Origin: an uncultured Gammaproteobacteria bacterium | GTDB taxonomy: Bacteria; Patescibacteriota; Microgenomatia; Daviesbacterales; UBA10151 | Direction of reading: 5' to 3' | NCBI GenBank assembly: GCA_964360965.1 | Contig: CAYHYM010000007.1 | Span: 25,033-34,456 of the forward strand | Length of the DNA stretch: 9,424 nt | Part shown: in pieces, positions 1 through 8,846 of the stretch | Numbering within the stretch: position 1 is the first letter of the stretch | Layout: each line of letters begins with the position of its first letter | Made by a program: the position numbers and the translations under genes | The notes under the pieces: model-generated | What the model was told of the DNA's origin: nothing | Databases searched by the model: none | The model's input: the letters and a program-made list of their open reading frames with translations, nothing else

Positions 1-1125
1 TTCCGGCGCACCCAAATTTACCAGTCGTTGAAGACGGTTATTGCGATTGATTACCCTTCTATAAAGGTCATTTAGATCTGATGTGGCAAATCTGCCTCCT
101 GTCAGCTGAACCATCGGTCTAAGATCCGGGGGGAGTACCGGCAAGATTTGTAGAATGATCCATTCAGGTTTTATTTCTGCCTGCCGCATACCTTCCACCA
201 ACCGCAGTCTTTTGGTGGCTTTGATATGCCGCTGCCCTGTTGATTTTCTAATCTCTTCCCGCAAGGAAGCGGATAATTTATCCAGTTCCATTTTTCGCAA
301 AATTTTAAGTAATGATTCTGCCCCCATGCCCACTTCTACAAAATCATCTATTTTATGATCAACTAAAGCGCTATATTCATCTTCAGACAAAAGACGTGAT
401 GGCACTATTGATTTGATCATATCTGAAAGGACCTTAAGTACTGCCTCAATCTGTGTTTGCTCAAGTGACGCGTTCTCTCGCAGTTTTTGTATTTCGTGTC
501 TATTTTTTAATTCTTTCTCCTGCTTTTCCAGTTCATACTTGTCTTTATCTGTTGTAGTTTTAGGCGATTTTTTGATATTTGTAACCTCTTTTTTAAGGGT
601 ATTTTGCATTTTTTTGATTTCCAGATCAAGGTTTTTTTTAACCTGCTGCACTCTATCTTCCTGCTCTTTAATTATTTTTGACAGTGCCGCAGTTTTTTTA
701 GCAGAATCAACATCAATAACAAGGTAAGAAATAAAATAAATCACCGACTCTAAATTTTTGGGAGATATATCCAAAATCAAAGATAATTTGGATGGAGTTC
801 CCTTAAAAAACCAGCTGTGGGCAACCGGACATGCCAAATTTATATGACCCATCCGCTCTCTTCTTACTTTAGATTGGGTTACCTCAACACCGCATTTATC
901 GCAAATTACACCTCTATACCTTATTCTTTTGTATTTACCGCAATAACACTCATAGTCTTTTTGCGGACCAAAAATGCTTTCAGAAAATAAACCGTCTTTT
1001 TCTGGTTTTAGGGTTCGATAATTTATGGTCTCAGGTTTTGTTACCTCACCAAAAGACCAGCTACGTATTTGTTCAGGAGATGCAATGGTTATCTTTAGTG
1101 CCTCAAAATCAAGCAGATTGTTCAT
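1..1125 (-). CDS. rpoC: DNA-directed RNA polymerase subunit beta-prime, N-terminal 375 aa (partial; continues past the left window edge)
   Basis: Hand translation of the minus strand from the ATG at 1125-1123 gives [107 protein letters not shown]...[49 protein letters not shown], with no stop through position 1. It contains the beta-prime zinc-binding Cys cluster (CYCG...CDKCG) and the conserved region B-C motifs. An SD-like AAGGGAG lies 7 nt upstream of the ATG. The ATG overlaps the rpoB TGA stop (ATGA). The gene sits directly downstream of rpoB, as expected. Confidence 0.95.
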   Translation of the reverse strand, partial: MNNLLDFEALKITIASPEQIRSWSFGEVTKPETINYRTLKPEKDGLFSESIFGPQKDYECYCGKYKRIRYRGVICDKCGVEVTQSKVRRERMGHINLACPVAHSWFFKGTPSKLSLILDISPKNLESVIYFISYLVIDVDSAKKTAALSKIIKEQEDRVQQVKKNLDLEIKKMQNTLKKEVTNIKKSPKTTTDKDKYELEKQEKELKNRHEIQKLRENASLEQTQIEAVLKVLSDMIKSIVPSRLLSEDEYSALVDHKIDDFVEVGMGAESLLKILRKMELDKLSASLREEIRKSTGQRHIKATKRLRLVEGMRQAEIKPEWIILQILPVLPPDLRPMVQLTGGRFATSDLNDLYRRVINRNNRLQRLVNLGAPE

Positions 1126-4100
1126 ATCTGATCTCCCTTCGATACATCAATAATCTCAAATTGATCACTCTTTTCAATCTCTTCCAAGCCTCGGGAAGTA
1201 TCTGCCTGCAAAACTTGTTTTAATGCTTCCACCTGTTTTGATGTTTCCTCTTTTTCTTCCTCTTCTTTCAAAGAAACTATCTTTGCGCCCAGTGTCTCAA
1301 CAGAAAGTCCCAAAGCCTGAAGTTCCTTAACCAGCACCTTAAAACTTTCCGGCACCAGTGCTTGCGGTATGTCAATCCCTTTAACAATAGCCTCAAATGC
1401 TTTGGCCCTGCCTACCACATCATCAGATTTAATAGTCAGCATTTCCTGTAAAATATTAGCAGCTCCATAAGCCTCAAGCGCCCAAACTTCCATCTCCCCC
1501 AACCTCTGTCCACCCATCTGAGCTTTTCCACCCAATGGCTGCTGGGTAACCAAGGAATAAGGACCTGTCGAACGGGCATGAATTTTGTCCTCAACCATGT
1601 GAATCAGTTTTAATATATAAGAGATGCCTACCAAAACAGGGGCATCAAAAAACTCCCCTGTCCTTCCGTCAATCAATCTAAATTTACCATCTGAGGGCAT
1701 TGAGGCTTTTTTTAACTCCTCCATCAAAATTGTCTCGGGAATTTCTTCAAAAACAGGCACTGATACTTTATAACCCAGCTTCTGGGCCACAATTCCCCAA
1801 TGGGTTTCCAAAAGTTGTCCTAAATTCATTCTGGATAAAACAGATAAAGGAGATATGATAATATCCACTGACTCACCGGTCGGTAAATATGGCATATCAG
1901 ACTGTGGCACAATTTTCGATATGACACCTTTATTGCCGTGGCGACCTGCCAGTTTGTCACCCTCTGTCACTTTTCTCAGCTGCGCCACTTTAACTTTGAT
2001 TCTCATTAAAGTCCCAGTATCCAACTCATCTTCATTTTCTCTGGATAAAATCTGTACAGCAATTACAGTCCCTCTCTCCCCATGAGGCACCCGCAAAGAA
2101 GTATCTCTGACCTCTTTAGCTTTCTCTCCAAAGATTACCCTCAACAGTCTTTCCTCCGCTGTCAATTCTGTTTCCCCTTTTGGTTGAACTTTGCCAACCA
2201 GAATATCATTTGGCCTTACTTCTGCTCCAACCCGTACAATACCCTCCTCATCTAAATTAGCCAAAGAATCTTCGGGAACATTGGGAATATCGCGGCTTAA
2301 TTCCTCAGGGCCAAGTTTGGTCTCTACCACATCAACTTCATATTTCTCAATATGAATAGAGGTTAACAAATCCTCCTTGACTAATCTGTCTGATATGACA
2401 ATGGCATCCTCATAACCCAAACCATCAAAGCTCATATAAGCTATCAGTAAATTTTGTCCCAAAGCAAGTTCACCTGAAGAAGTGGCTGCGCCCTCAATTA
2501 ACAAGTCCCCTTTTTTTACCTTTTGTCCCACAGTTACTCTTGGATGTTGGGAATAACAGGTGCCTTGTGGCGAATTTATAAATTTATTGATCTCAAAATT
2601 ATATTCATTTTTTTTAAGTTTAAGAGTTAACTTCTTTCCATCAGCATATGTAATAGTACCTGCATCAGGAGCCCTGACTACCCGACCCATATTATCAGCT
2701 ACCACCTTCTCCATACCGGTGCCTACAATAGGAGCTGAGGGAAGAAGCAGGGGTACGGCCTGACACTGCATCATAGTACCCATCAAAGCGCGGCTGGCAT
2801 CATCATGGGATAGAAATGGAATTAAAGACGCGGAAGTTCCCACAATTTGCGAAGGGGTAATATCAATCAAGTTTACTTCTTTAACATCTGCCTCGAAAAA
2901 ATTGCCATTTTTCCTTACAGGCACCCTTTTATCAATAAAATAACCCTTACTGTCCAACCTAACAGTTGCCTCGGTAATAGTATAATTTTCCTCATCATCG
3001 GCAGTTAAATATAAAATTTCATCTGTTACTTTGGGTTTACCCTTATCTTGTATAACTCTTCTGTAGGGAGTTTCCAAAAAACCATATTCATTAATCTGGG
3101 CATAAAGGGCAACATACGTCACCAATCCGATATTGGGGCCTTCCGGGGAACGGATTGGATCAATCCTGCCATATTGAGAATGATTAATATCTCTAACAGA
3201 AAATGAAGCCCGATCACGGGTAATACCTCCCACCCCCAAGACTGACAGCCGTCTTAAATGATCAACCTCTGATAGCGGGTTTACCTGATCCAAAATGCTG
3301 GACAGTTGTGAAGTCCTAAAAAATTCATTAATACAGGCAATGATCGGTCTGGCATTGATAAATGCTCCTGCAGTGACGATTTGATCGGGAGGAGTCAAAC
3401 TCATCTTCTCTTTAATAAGTCTCTCCAATCTCAAAACTCCGATGCGAAAAGCATTTTGTTGAACTAGTTCCCCCGCGCAACGGACACGTCTGTTGGCAAG
3501 ATGATCTATATCATCTACTCCTCCTTTCCCATTAACCAAACCAATCAGATATTTTAAAGTCTCAATAATATCTTCCTTTGTCAAAACAAAACTGGCGCGC
3601 TCATTTGGGATATTTAAATTTAGTCTCTTGTTAATCTTGAAACGGCCTACTTTGGTAAGATTGTACCGCCTTAAGTTAAAAAACATCCCATCCAAAAGCA
3701 AACGGGCGTTTTCTAAAACTATCGGGTCACCGGGACGCATTTTACGAAAAATCTCAACTGCAGCTTCTTCACTATTTTTGGTCACATCCTTAAGTAATGT
3801 TGTTTCTATAATCTTATCTTCTCCCACGTCAACATCCTTAAACAGTTCCAAAATAGTCTCATCGCCTGAGAAACCCAGAGCCCGCAGAAGTGTGGTGGCA
3901 ACAAATTTTCTTCTACGATCAATTTTGGCAGTGATAACATTGGAACGGGAAACTGAAAATTCCAGCCAGGAACCTCTATAAGGACGAACCTCCGCCTGAT
4001 AAAGTCTTCTGCCGGATAATGGATCATCAACTGCCTGAAAAAAGATACCTGGAGAACGAACCAATTGGTTGATAATCACTCTTTCTACACCATTAATAAC

Positions 4101-4472
4101 AAAGGTACCCTTCTCAGTCATCTGAGGGATATCACCCAAAAATATATTCTGTTTTACCTTTTTACCTGTTTGCTTATTAGTTAAAATAGCCTCAACTCTT
4201 AAGGGAGCATCAAAGGTAACTCCTTTTTCCTTGGCGTCCTCAGCAGAGTATTTTGGTTTACCAAAAAAAACATCACCTAGCTCTAAAGTCCAATTTTTAC
4301 CGGTAAAATCCTCAACAGGGGAAATTTCTTCTAAAACTTCTTTAATACCATTTGTTAAAAACCAGTTATATGAATCAAGCTGAAGCTGAATCAGATTTAC
4401 ATCAGGCTTAAAATTTGCAACTTTACCCCAATATCTTCTATCTTGATTTCGGTCTTTTATTTTTATTGACAT
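1122..4472 (-). CDS. rpoB: DNA-directed RNA polymerase subunit beta (1116 aa, compact form)
   Basis: Full-length ORF in the track. Hallmark beta-subunit motifs are present: [19 protein letters not shown], the rifampicin-cluster region [115 protein letters not shown]. No clear SD is visible upstream of the ATG at 4472. Confidence 0.98.
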   Translation of the reverse strand: MSIKIKDRNQDRRYWGKVANFKPDVNLIQLQLDSYNWFLTNGIKEVLEEISPVEDFTGKNWTLELGDVFFGKPKYSAEDAKEKGVTFDAPLRVEAILTNKQTGKKVKQNIFLGDIPQMTEKGTFVINGVERVIINQLVRSPGIFFQAVDDPLSGRRLYQAEVRPYRGSWLEFSVSRSNVITAKIDRRRKFVATTLLRALGFSGDETILELFKDVDVGEDKIIETTLLKDVTKNSEEAAVEIFRKMRPGDPIVLENARLLLDGMFFNLRRYNLTKVGRFKINKRLNLNIPNERASFVLTKEDIIETLKYLIGLVNGKGGVDDIDHLANRRVRCAGELVQQNAFRIGVLRLERLIKEKMSLTPPDQIVTAGAFINARPIIACINEFFRTSQLSSILDQVNPLSEVDHLRRLSVLGVGGITRDRASFSVRDINHSQYGRIDPIRSPEGPNIGLVTYVALYAQINEYGFLETPYRRVIQDKGKPKVTDEILYLTADDEENYTITEATVRLDSKGYFIDKRVPVRKNGNFFEADVKEVNLIDITPSQIVGTSASLIPFLSHDDASRALMGTMMQCQAVPLLLPSAPIVGTGMEKVVADNMGRVVRAPDAGTITYADGKKLTLKLKKNEYNFEINKFINSPQGTCYSQHPRVTVGQKVKKGDLLIEGAATSSGELALGQNLLIAYMSFDGLGYEDAIVISDRLVKEDLLTSIHIEKYEVDVVETKLGPEELSRDIPNVPEDSLANLDEEGIVRVGAEVRPNDILVGKVQPKGETELTAEERLLRVIFGEKAKEVRDTSLRVPHGERGTVIAVQILSRENEDELDTGTLMRIKVKVAQLRKVTEGDKLAGRHGNKGVISKIVPQSDMPYLPTGESVDIIISPLSVLSRMNLGQLLETHWGIVAQKLGYKVSVPVFEEIPETILMEELKKASMPSDGKFRLIDGRTGEFFDAPVLVGISYILKLIHMVEDKIHARSTGPYSLVTQQPLGGKAQMGGQRLGEMEVWALEAYGAANILQEMLTIKSDDVVGRAKAFEAIVKGIDIPQALVPESFKVLVKELQALGLSVETLGAKIVSLKEEEEKEETSKQVEALKQVLQADTSRGLEEIEKSDQFEIIDVSKGDQI

Positions 4473-4505
4473 TAGTAGATGGCCAATTAACTAAATTTAA
4501 GACTA

Positions 4506-4532
4506 CAAAATAAAGCGTACTTTCGTACGCCT
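4506..4532 (-). terminator. Candidate intrinsic terminator, attenuator or 5' stem-loop in the rpoB leader
   Basis: The minus-strand RNA would read AGGCGUAC-GAAA-GUACGCUU followed by UAUUUUGUAG. The perfect 6-bp stem is 4525-4530 pairing with 4515-4520. It extends to 8 bp with one A-U and one G-U pair. The loop is a GNRA-type GAAA tetraloop (4521-4524) and a U-rich tail follows directly. It lies about 35-60 nt upstream of the rpoB ATG and about 190 nt downstream of the mltG stop. The stem is short, so termination efficiency is uncertain. Confidence 0.35.
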
Positions 4533-4562
4533 ACCAAATTATTTTTTTATTTAACTGAAGTG

Positions 4563-4592
4563 ACAGTACCACAACATATAGAGCTCTGTCAA
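4563..4592 (-). promoter_or_regulatory. Candidate sigma70-type promoter for rpoBC
   Basis: The minus strand reads TTGACA (4592-4587), an 18-nt spacer ending in TGg, then TACTGT (4568-4563). That is a perfect -35 hexamer, an extended -10 TG and a TAnnnT -10. The spacer is one nt longer than optimal and the -10 is weak. This is a by-eye prediction only. Confidence 0.3.
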
Positions 4593-4722
4593 TGACCTAA
4601 TAATCAGCTATCAGTACCCCTTGTTTATTTTCTGCCAGGGGCTGTCTGTTTCAATAGTTCCATAAATTCTATCTTCTATCTTTAATGTTTCTGGCATAAA
4701 GAAGTTAGGCTATTTTAGCATA

Positions 4723-5679
4723 CTAAGGATTATCGGCTACATTTTGGTTGTGCTCTTCCAAAGTTTTGGCATAATGGGAATTTCCTTTTGAGTCATGGTA
4801 ATAATATAAATAAGGAACATTTGTGTCAGCATCAGCAACAGCTTTAAGTGATGATAAAGATGGATTGCAAATGGGAGTAGGGGGAAGACCTCTGTATAAA
4901 TAGGTATTATAAGAAGAGTCTATTTTTAAGTCATCTTTACCTAGATGTCTTTTCCACCATGACTTTTCATCCATCTGATATCCCAAAGCATACTGAATGG
5001 TGGCATCAGCATTAAGCCCCATGCCAATTTTTAATCTTTTTAAAAGTATGCTAGCTACCATTTTTCTGGCAGTATCAGATCTTGCTTCCCTCTCCACAAT
5101 TGATGCCAAAATCAACCCCTGCTCATCTGTGATACTTAACTTGCGAATTTGGGCTTTCAAATCTCCTGAAAATTTTTTTTCAAAATTATCTGTCATGGCT
5201 TTGACGATTTCAGACACTGTAATCTCTCTTGGAAAAAGATAAGTGTCAGGAAACATATAACCTTCTGCTGACATTTTAACAAATTCTCCATTGTCAATTT
5301 TCAACTCTCCATTTAATTTATCTGCCATTTCCTCCACCCTCCAGCCCTCCAAAAGCGTCACCCAAATTTCACTGGGGACACCGGTCAAGACTTTGGCAAC
5401 TTCTTCTGCCGACATAGATTGAGATAATTTATATGTGCCTGCCTGTAATTTTTTATCCCAACCTTTTTGTCCAACCAAAATCTTAAAAGCATAGGCTGAT
5501 TTAATAAATCCCTCTTTTTTTAATTTTTCAGCTATCTCATTTAGGCTTTGTCCTTTGGCTAAAATGACAGTTTTACTATCCTTATTTAAGGAAACAGCAG
5601 CAAGCTGGTTATTCCACCAACCTCTTACTGCAAAAAGTAACAACAAGACAAAAATTAAAAAAATTAAAGAATTTTTCAT
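4723..5679 (-). CDS. mltG: Endolytic murein transglycosylase MltG (YceG-like)
   Basis: 318-aa ORF with an N-terminal membrane anchor (LIFLIFVLLLLFAV). It carries YceG-family signatures: AGTYKL, EGYMFPDTY, LASIVEREA (catalytic Glu region), YNTYLYRGLPPTPICNPSLSSLKAV, PYLYYYH. Its ATG overlaps the ruvX stop (ATGA at 5676-5679). Confidence 0.9.
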   Translation of the reverse strand: MKNSLIFLIFVLLLLFAVRGWWNNQLAAVSLNKDSKTVILAKGQSLNEIAEKLKKEGFIKSAYAFKILVGQKGWDKKLQAGTYKLSQSMSAEEVAKVLTGVPSEIWVTLLEGWRVEEMADKLNGELKIDNGEFVKMSAEGYMFPDTYLFPREITVSEIVKAMTDNFEKKFSGDLKAQIRKLSITDEQGLILASIVEREARSDTARKMVASILLKRLKIGMGLNADATIQYALGYQMDEKSWWKRHLGKDDLKIDSSYNTYLYRGLPPTPICNPSLSSLKAVADADTNVPYLYYYHDSKGNSHYAKTLEEHNQNVADNP

Positions 5680-6056
5680 TTATTACTATCTAAAAAGTTT
5701 TGCAGAATTTCCGCTGCCGCGAAAGAGTCTTCAGTTCGGCGTTTCTTCTTTGAAAAACCCATTTCAATCATCAACCTCAAGGCTTTTTGGCTTGACAATG
5801 TTTCATCGACAATTTCTACTTCTGCTCCCTTATCTTTTAAATTTTTAACAAACCTGCCAATCAGCTTACTAAGTTTCCCCTCTGGTTTCCCCACTATCAG
5901 CTTGTCAAACCTTTCTTCATGCAATATTTTATTGATCTTTCTTACACAATCATCCATGTTTTTTACTTTAACCACTTTCCAGGGAGAGGAAAATATACCA
6001 TCAGATATCGCCAGACCTATTTTTTTTAAACCAAAATCTACTGCTAAATATTTCAT
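5676..6056 (-). CDS. ruvX: YqgF/RuvX family nuclease (putative pre-16S rRNA nuclease / Holliday junction resolvase-like)
   Basis: 126-aa ORF with typical family features: N-terminal MKYLAVDFGLKKIGLAISD (RNase H-fold acidic motif), LIVGKPEG, VDETLSS, and C-terminal DSFAAAEILQNFLD. Its ATG overlaps the sortase stop (ATGA at 6053-6056). Its position just upstream of mltG matches the widespread ruvX-mltG pairing. Confidence 0.9.
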   Translation of the reverse strand: MKYLAVDFGLKKIGLAISDGIFSSPWKVVKVKNMDDCVRKINKILHEERFDKLIVGKPEGKLSKLIGRFVKNLKDKGAEVEIVDETLSSQKALRLMIEMGFSKKKRRTEDSFAAAEILQNFLDSNK

Positions 6057-6694
6057 ATAAGTTTTCCCAAAACTACCAGCCTTTTGGTATTGAGCCCGGG
6101 TGGGATACAGGTCATCAAAGTCAAATACCTTTCTGAAAAATCAGGGGGGGCAATTACTGACAAATCATTGGGATCTACAATTTTTAAATTTAATATCTGA
6201 TAAGTAAACTCCGTATTGCCCAAAAAAACTTTTACCTGATCTCCTTTTTGCAATTTTTGCAAATTTACAAAAATAGCCTTAGAGATACTCCTTCCCAGCA
6301 AAAGCGGCAAGGAGGAATGTCCGGAGATAAAAACATTACCCTTTTCTCCGGGTAGAGCAGATCCTGGCAAATGAATAAGCCCTTTTGCCAAATCATTGTT
6401 ATCAACAAATACTGAAGCTTTTTCTATTTTCAGAGCAGAAATTGAAATATAAAATTGTGAAAATGGAGAGGGCGTTTTGCGCTCAATGGTGGAAATAATT
6501 GCGGGAAAGTTTGTTTCTGTTCTCTGTACAGAAATACCCCGTACTTGTGGTGAAGTGGGGCTAACTAGCGGCATATTACTTTTGGTAAAAGATAACTCCC
6601 AAATTTTAAAAGAAACCAGAGGCAAACTAACCTGAGCCAAAATTATGATCCCTGCAAATAAAAAAAATAAAGAAATTGCTCTAGCGCCTATCAC
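6053..6694 (-). CDS. Sortase family transpeptidase, membrane anchored
   Basis: 213-aa ORF with an N-terminal TM helix (ISLFFLFAGIIILAQVSLPLV). The sortase catalytic triad appears in canonical order: His in NVFISGHSS, Cys in the TLxTC motif (YLTLMTCIPPG), and Arg in KRLVVLGK. The start is GTG at 6694-6692, preceded by a good SD (GAGGTGA, 7-nt spacing). It overlaps the upstream gene's TGA (GTGA). The sortase class cannot be assigned by eye. Confidence 0.85.
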   Translation of the reverse strand: MIGARAISLFFLFAGIIILAQVSLPLVSFKIWELSFTKSNMPLVSPTSPQVRGISVQRTETNFPAIISTIERKTPSPFSQFYISISALKIEKASVFVDNNDLAKGLIHLPGSALPGEKGNVFISGHSSLPLLLGRSISKAIFVNLQKLQKGDQVKVFLGNTEFTYQILNLKIVDPNDLSVIAPPDFSERYLTLMTCIPPGLNTKRLVVLGKLI

Positions 6695-8787
6695 TTTAAA
6701 CTCACCTCAATTTTGATATTCCCATCTATTATTGGCAATCTCCCTAAAGGGGGAGGTATAGGGGGTAGTAGTTTAATATCTGATCCCAGCACATTGTCAA
6801 AACCTCTTAAAGTATTCACCGCATCAGAGAGTGTTTTGCCGCGAATTGCAGCTTTGATCTTGCCGGTGTCAACCTTTGGTATTAATTTGGCCCTGAAACG
6901 GGCTAAAAAAATCAATTTACCGTCTTTTTCCAATTTTGAGACATCAGCCGATGTTTCGGCATCTTTTAAATTTAGCTCAAATCCATCCGGAACTTGAGTA
7001 GTTACCAGTTTGGAAATTATCATTTTTAAATCATTATCAGAATAAGCTGTCCCTTTATATTTGGCAGACAAATTGAGGGTAAACTCGCTAGCTTGATCAT
7101 TAATATTTTTACTGTATGATTTTTTCGTAATCTCTTCCTGCAAACCTTCCTCTAAAATTTTTTTATCAGCCAGTTTTTTTTGTAGTTCCTCCTGGGCTTT
7201 TTTGCGCAAATTTGATGCCAGAGTAGCAAGAAGTTTTTTCTGATCCGAGTCTGTTACCACTGTCACATCCTTTGAGGTTCCTCCCGAAAAGTTACCTTCA
7301 GACTTAGCACTAACTTGACTTGCTGAGTAGCCAGAAATAGTTAGGTCAGAACCTGATGGTAAATTACTATCCGCCCCAATATTAAAAGCTGTAATAGTAC
7401 TGCTGGCTTTACCGAAAGTTATACCTAAATCAGTAGCTGACTGTGAGGCTATGGATACAGAGGTATCTAAGCTAAATTTCAAACCATTTGAATTGGTTAA
7501 AGTAATACCCTTGCTTAAAGCTTTACTCGCATCTGTTTTGTTGTAGATTACCACCGTTCCTTTGGCAGAATCTCCTATTTGTTTTTTGCCGGAGGCTAAA
7601 CCCTTTTCATTGCCGGATACCACCACTTCCACAATCTGCCCCGGAATTTTACCGTTTTTTTCATCAACAGAGGTAACAGTCGGGTCTGCCACAATTTGAG
7701 TATCTTTTTCCAAAATTCTTGGTTCAACAAAAATCAAAATATTTGCTTTTGGCAGCAATAAATACATCATTATCAGTAAACTTAAAAAAGCAACGGGGAT
7801 CAGTAACCTTTTCTTATTTGAATATATTTTTTCTATTTTATTTTCCACTTCTCTATCTTTTTCCTCTATTTCATTTCTTATTACATCTTCTTCTATTACT
7901 TCTTTTTGAATTGGTTTCTGCTCTTTTTGTTCCAAAATATCACCTGTCACAAACCCTAAACTGTCAAACGATTTTTTAGATAATTTGATACCTGGGGCTT
8001 TTTGATCATATTTAATTCCTTCTTCAAATTCAGTAGCGCCGGCTAAAGATACAGCTTTAATTTCTATATCATCTTCCAGAATATCTATTTTGGGAAGATG
8101 CAAAAAAGACAGTCTTTCCATCCAGGGATAGGAAAGTAGCACACTTTTGTCTTCTTCCAAATTTTGAGATGTTAAACTAAAAAGATGTATCTTAGAAGGT
8201 AAAACTTCTATTTCCGGAAAAGCAAGCAGTAACTTTTCAATATCTTCTCCCAAATTTTGACCCCTTTTAACAACTTTACTGCCATCCAGTCTGCCGGCGC
8301 GTAAAACTGCAGTCATCAAGAAGTTTTCCCCTATTCCTACCAAAACAGCAGTAACAGGAGCTCCTTCTGTCTGCTCTAAGAAATGAACAAGAGCTGAAGT
8401 TGTAGAAACATACGCCAAGGGGGTAAGTTCCAAATCATCAGCCAGCTTTTTAAGAAGTTTTAAGTACGGTTCTTTTAACTGTTCATCTAACAGCCAGGAA
8501 TCTGGTACTCCAAACAAAATTTTTTTTGGCTCAATTTGCAAAATATCCAGTGCCGCATCAAGTAACTTATCTGTCAATTGTATGATCTGATCCTCAGACG
8601 AATACTTCTCTTTGGAAGTATTGATAAGATGAAGCTTACCACCATCAATGGCCCAAACACCTGCAGTTAACTTTTCCAGTCCAATGTTTAATGAAAAAAA
8701 ATACTCTATGCTTCCTGATTTTTTAAGAAAAGGTAGATTAATGTCAAAATTTTTAAACCAGTCCATTATTTGTAAATATCTTAACAT
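6691..8787 (-). CDS. Uncharacterised single-pass membrane protein (698 aa): cytoplasmic N-terminal domain (possibly a degenerate FtsA/PilM-like actin fold), E/K-rich linker, one TM helix, and a large Ser/Thr/Gly-rich extracytoplasmic domain (possibly baseplate-J-like)
   Basis: Long uninterrupted ORF with an in-frame TAA four codons upstream of the ATG at 8787. Residues 28-50 (EYFFSLNIGLEKLTAGVWAIDGG) and 145-165 (VTAVLVGIGENFLMTAVLRAG) resemble the phosphate-1 and phosphate-2 strand-loop-strand elements of sugar-kinase/actin-fold proteins, but they lack the Asp residues. The charged linker spans residues ~285-327 (nt ~7807-7935). The TM helix LLIPVAFLSLLIMMYLLLP covers residues 328-346 (nt 7750-7806). 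It is preceded by KKR, so the predicted topology is N-in/C-out. The C-terminal ~350 aa include AKGTVVIYNKT...ITLTNSNGLKFSLDTSVSI...ITAFNIGADSNLPSG. This recalls proteins I remember being annotated as baseplate J family in small-genome bacteria. The coding call is confident; the functional call is not. Confidence 0.55.
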   Translation of the reverse strand: MLRYLQIMDWFKNFDINLPFLKKSGSIEYFFSLNIGLEKLTAGVWAIDGGKLHLINTSKEKYSSEDQIIQLTDKLLDAALDILQIEPKKILFGVPDSWLLDEQLKEPYLKLLKKLADDLELTPLAYVSTTSALVHFLEQTEGAPVTAVLVGIGENFLMTAVLRAGRLDGSKVVKRGQNLGEDIEKLLLAFPEIEVLPSKIHLFSLTSQNLEEDKSVLLSYPWMERLSFLHLPKIDILEDDIEIKAVSLAGATEFEEGIKYDQKAPGIKLSKKSFDSLGFVTGDILEQKEQKPIQKEVIEEDVIRNEIEEKDREVENKIEKIYSNKKRLLIPVAFLSLLIMMYLLLPKANILIFVEPRILEKDTQIVADPTVTSVDEKNGKIPGQIVEVVVSGNEKGLASGKKQIGDSAKGTVVIYNKTDASKALSKGITLTNSNGLKFSLDTSVSIASQSATDLGITFGKASSTITAFNIGADSNLPSGSDLTISGYSASQVSAKSEGNFSGGTSKDVTVVTDSDQKKLLATLASNLRKKAQEELQKKLADKKILEEGLQEEITKKSYSKNINDQASEFTLNLSAKYKGTAYSDNDLKMIISKLVTTQVPDGFELNLKDAETSADVSKLEKDGKLIFLARFRAKLIPKVDTGKIKAAIRGKTLSDAVNTLRGFDNVLGSDIKLLPPIPPPLGRLPIIDGNIKIEVSLK

Positions 8788-8816
8788 AAAATTTATTTAC
8801 ACCCCCTATCTTTTCC

Positions 8817-8846
8817 AGCGTAATCACAAACTAGCCAAGGAGTCAA
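8817..8846 (-). promoter_or_regulatory. Candidate promoter for the 698-aa gene / sortase / ruvX / mltG unit
   Basis: The minus strand reads TTGACT (8846-8841), an 18-nt spacer, then TACGCT (8822-8817; TAnnnT). It sits in the 61-bp gap just after the alaS stop. A G-rich SD-like GGGGG follows but is 14 nt from the ATG. The prediction is weak, and read-through from alaS is equally possible. Confidence 0.25.

Noticed and set aside
1872-1886. LPTGE in rpoB ([10 protein letters not shown]), noticed while searching for sortase substrates
   Set aside because: It is not an LPXTG motif because one residue is missing. It is internal to a cytoplasmic, universally conserved RNAP segment and has no downstream hydrophobic anchor.
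3806-4030. 74-aa minus-strand ORF inside rpoB in another frame, and the similar 60-aa ORF at 8875-9057 inside alaS
   Set aside because: These are out-of-frame ORFs nested within well-supported conserved genes. They have no motifs or ribosome-binding sites and are most likely chance open frames.
4564-4680. Short repeats in the spacer: tandem TTCTATC x2 (4667-4680), CAGTACC at 4564-4570 and 4612-4618, and ATCAG-N2-ATCAG (4602-4614), considered as operator or regulator sites
   Set aside because: Repeats of 5-7 bp are expected by chance in 250 bp of AT-rich DNA. Without conservation data they cannot be told apart from noise.
4611-4697. 28-codon minus-strand ORF in the mltG-rpoB spacer (MPETLKIEDRIYGTIETDSPWQKINKGY)
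   Set aside because: No SD-like sequence lies upstream and the peptide has no recognisable motif or hydrophobic segment. It also ends upstream of the candidate rpoB promoter. It could be a leader peptide or a gene remnant, but the sequence alone does not support calling it.
6144-6150. Homopolymeric G7 tract (C7 on the coding strand) inside the sortase gene, considered as a phase-variation switch
   Set aside because: Seven bases is below the length usually linked to efficient slipped-strand switching. The tract simply encodes Ala-Pro-Pro (GCC CCC CCT). A similar run in rpoC (positions ~128-133) encodes the conserved LPPD motif, so such runs occur here in essential genes.
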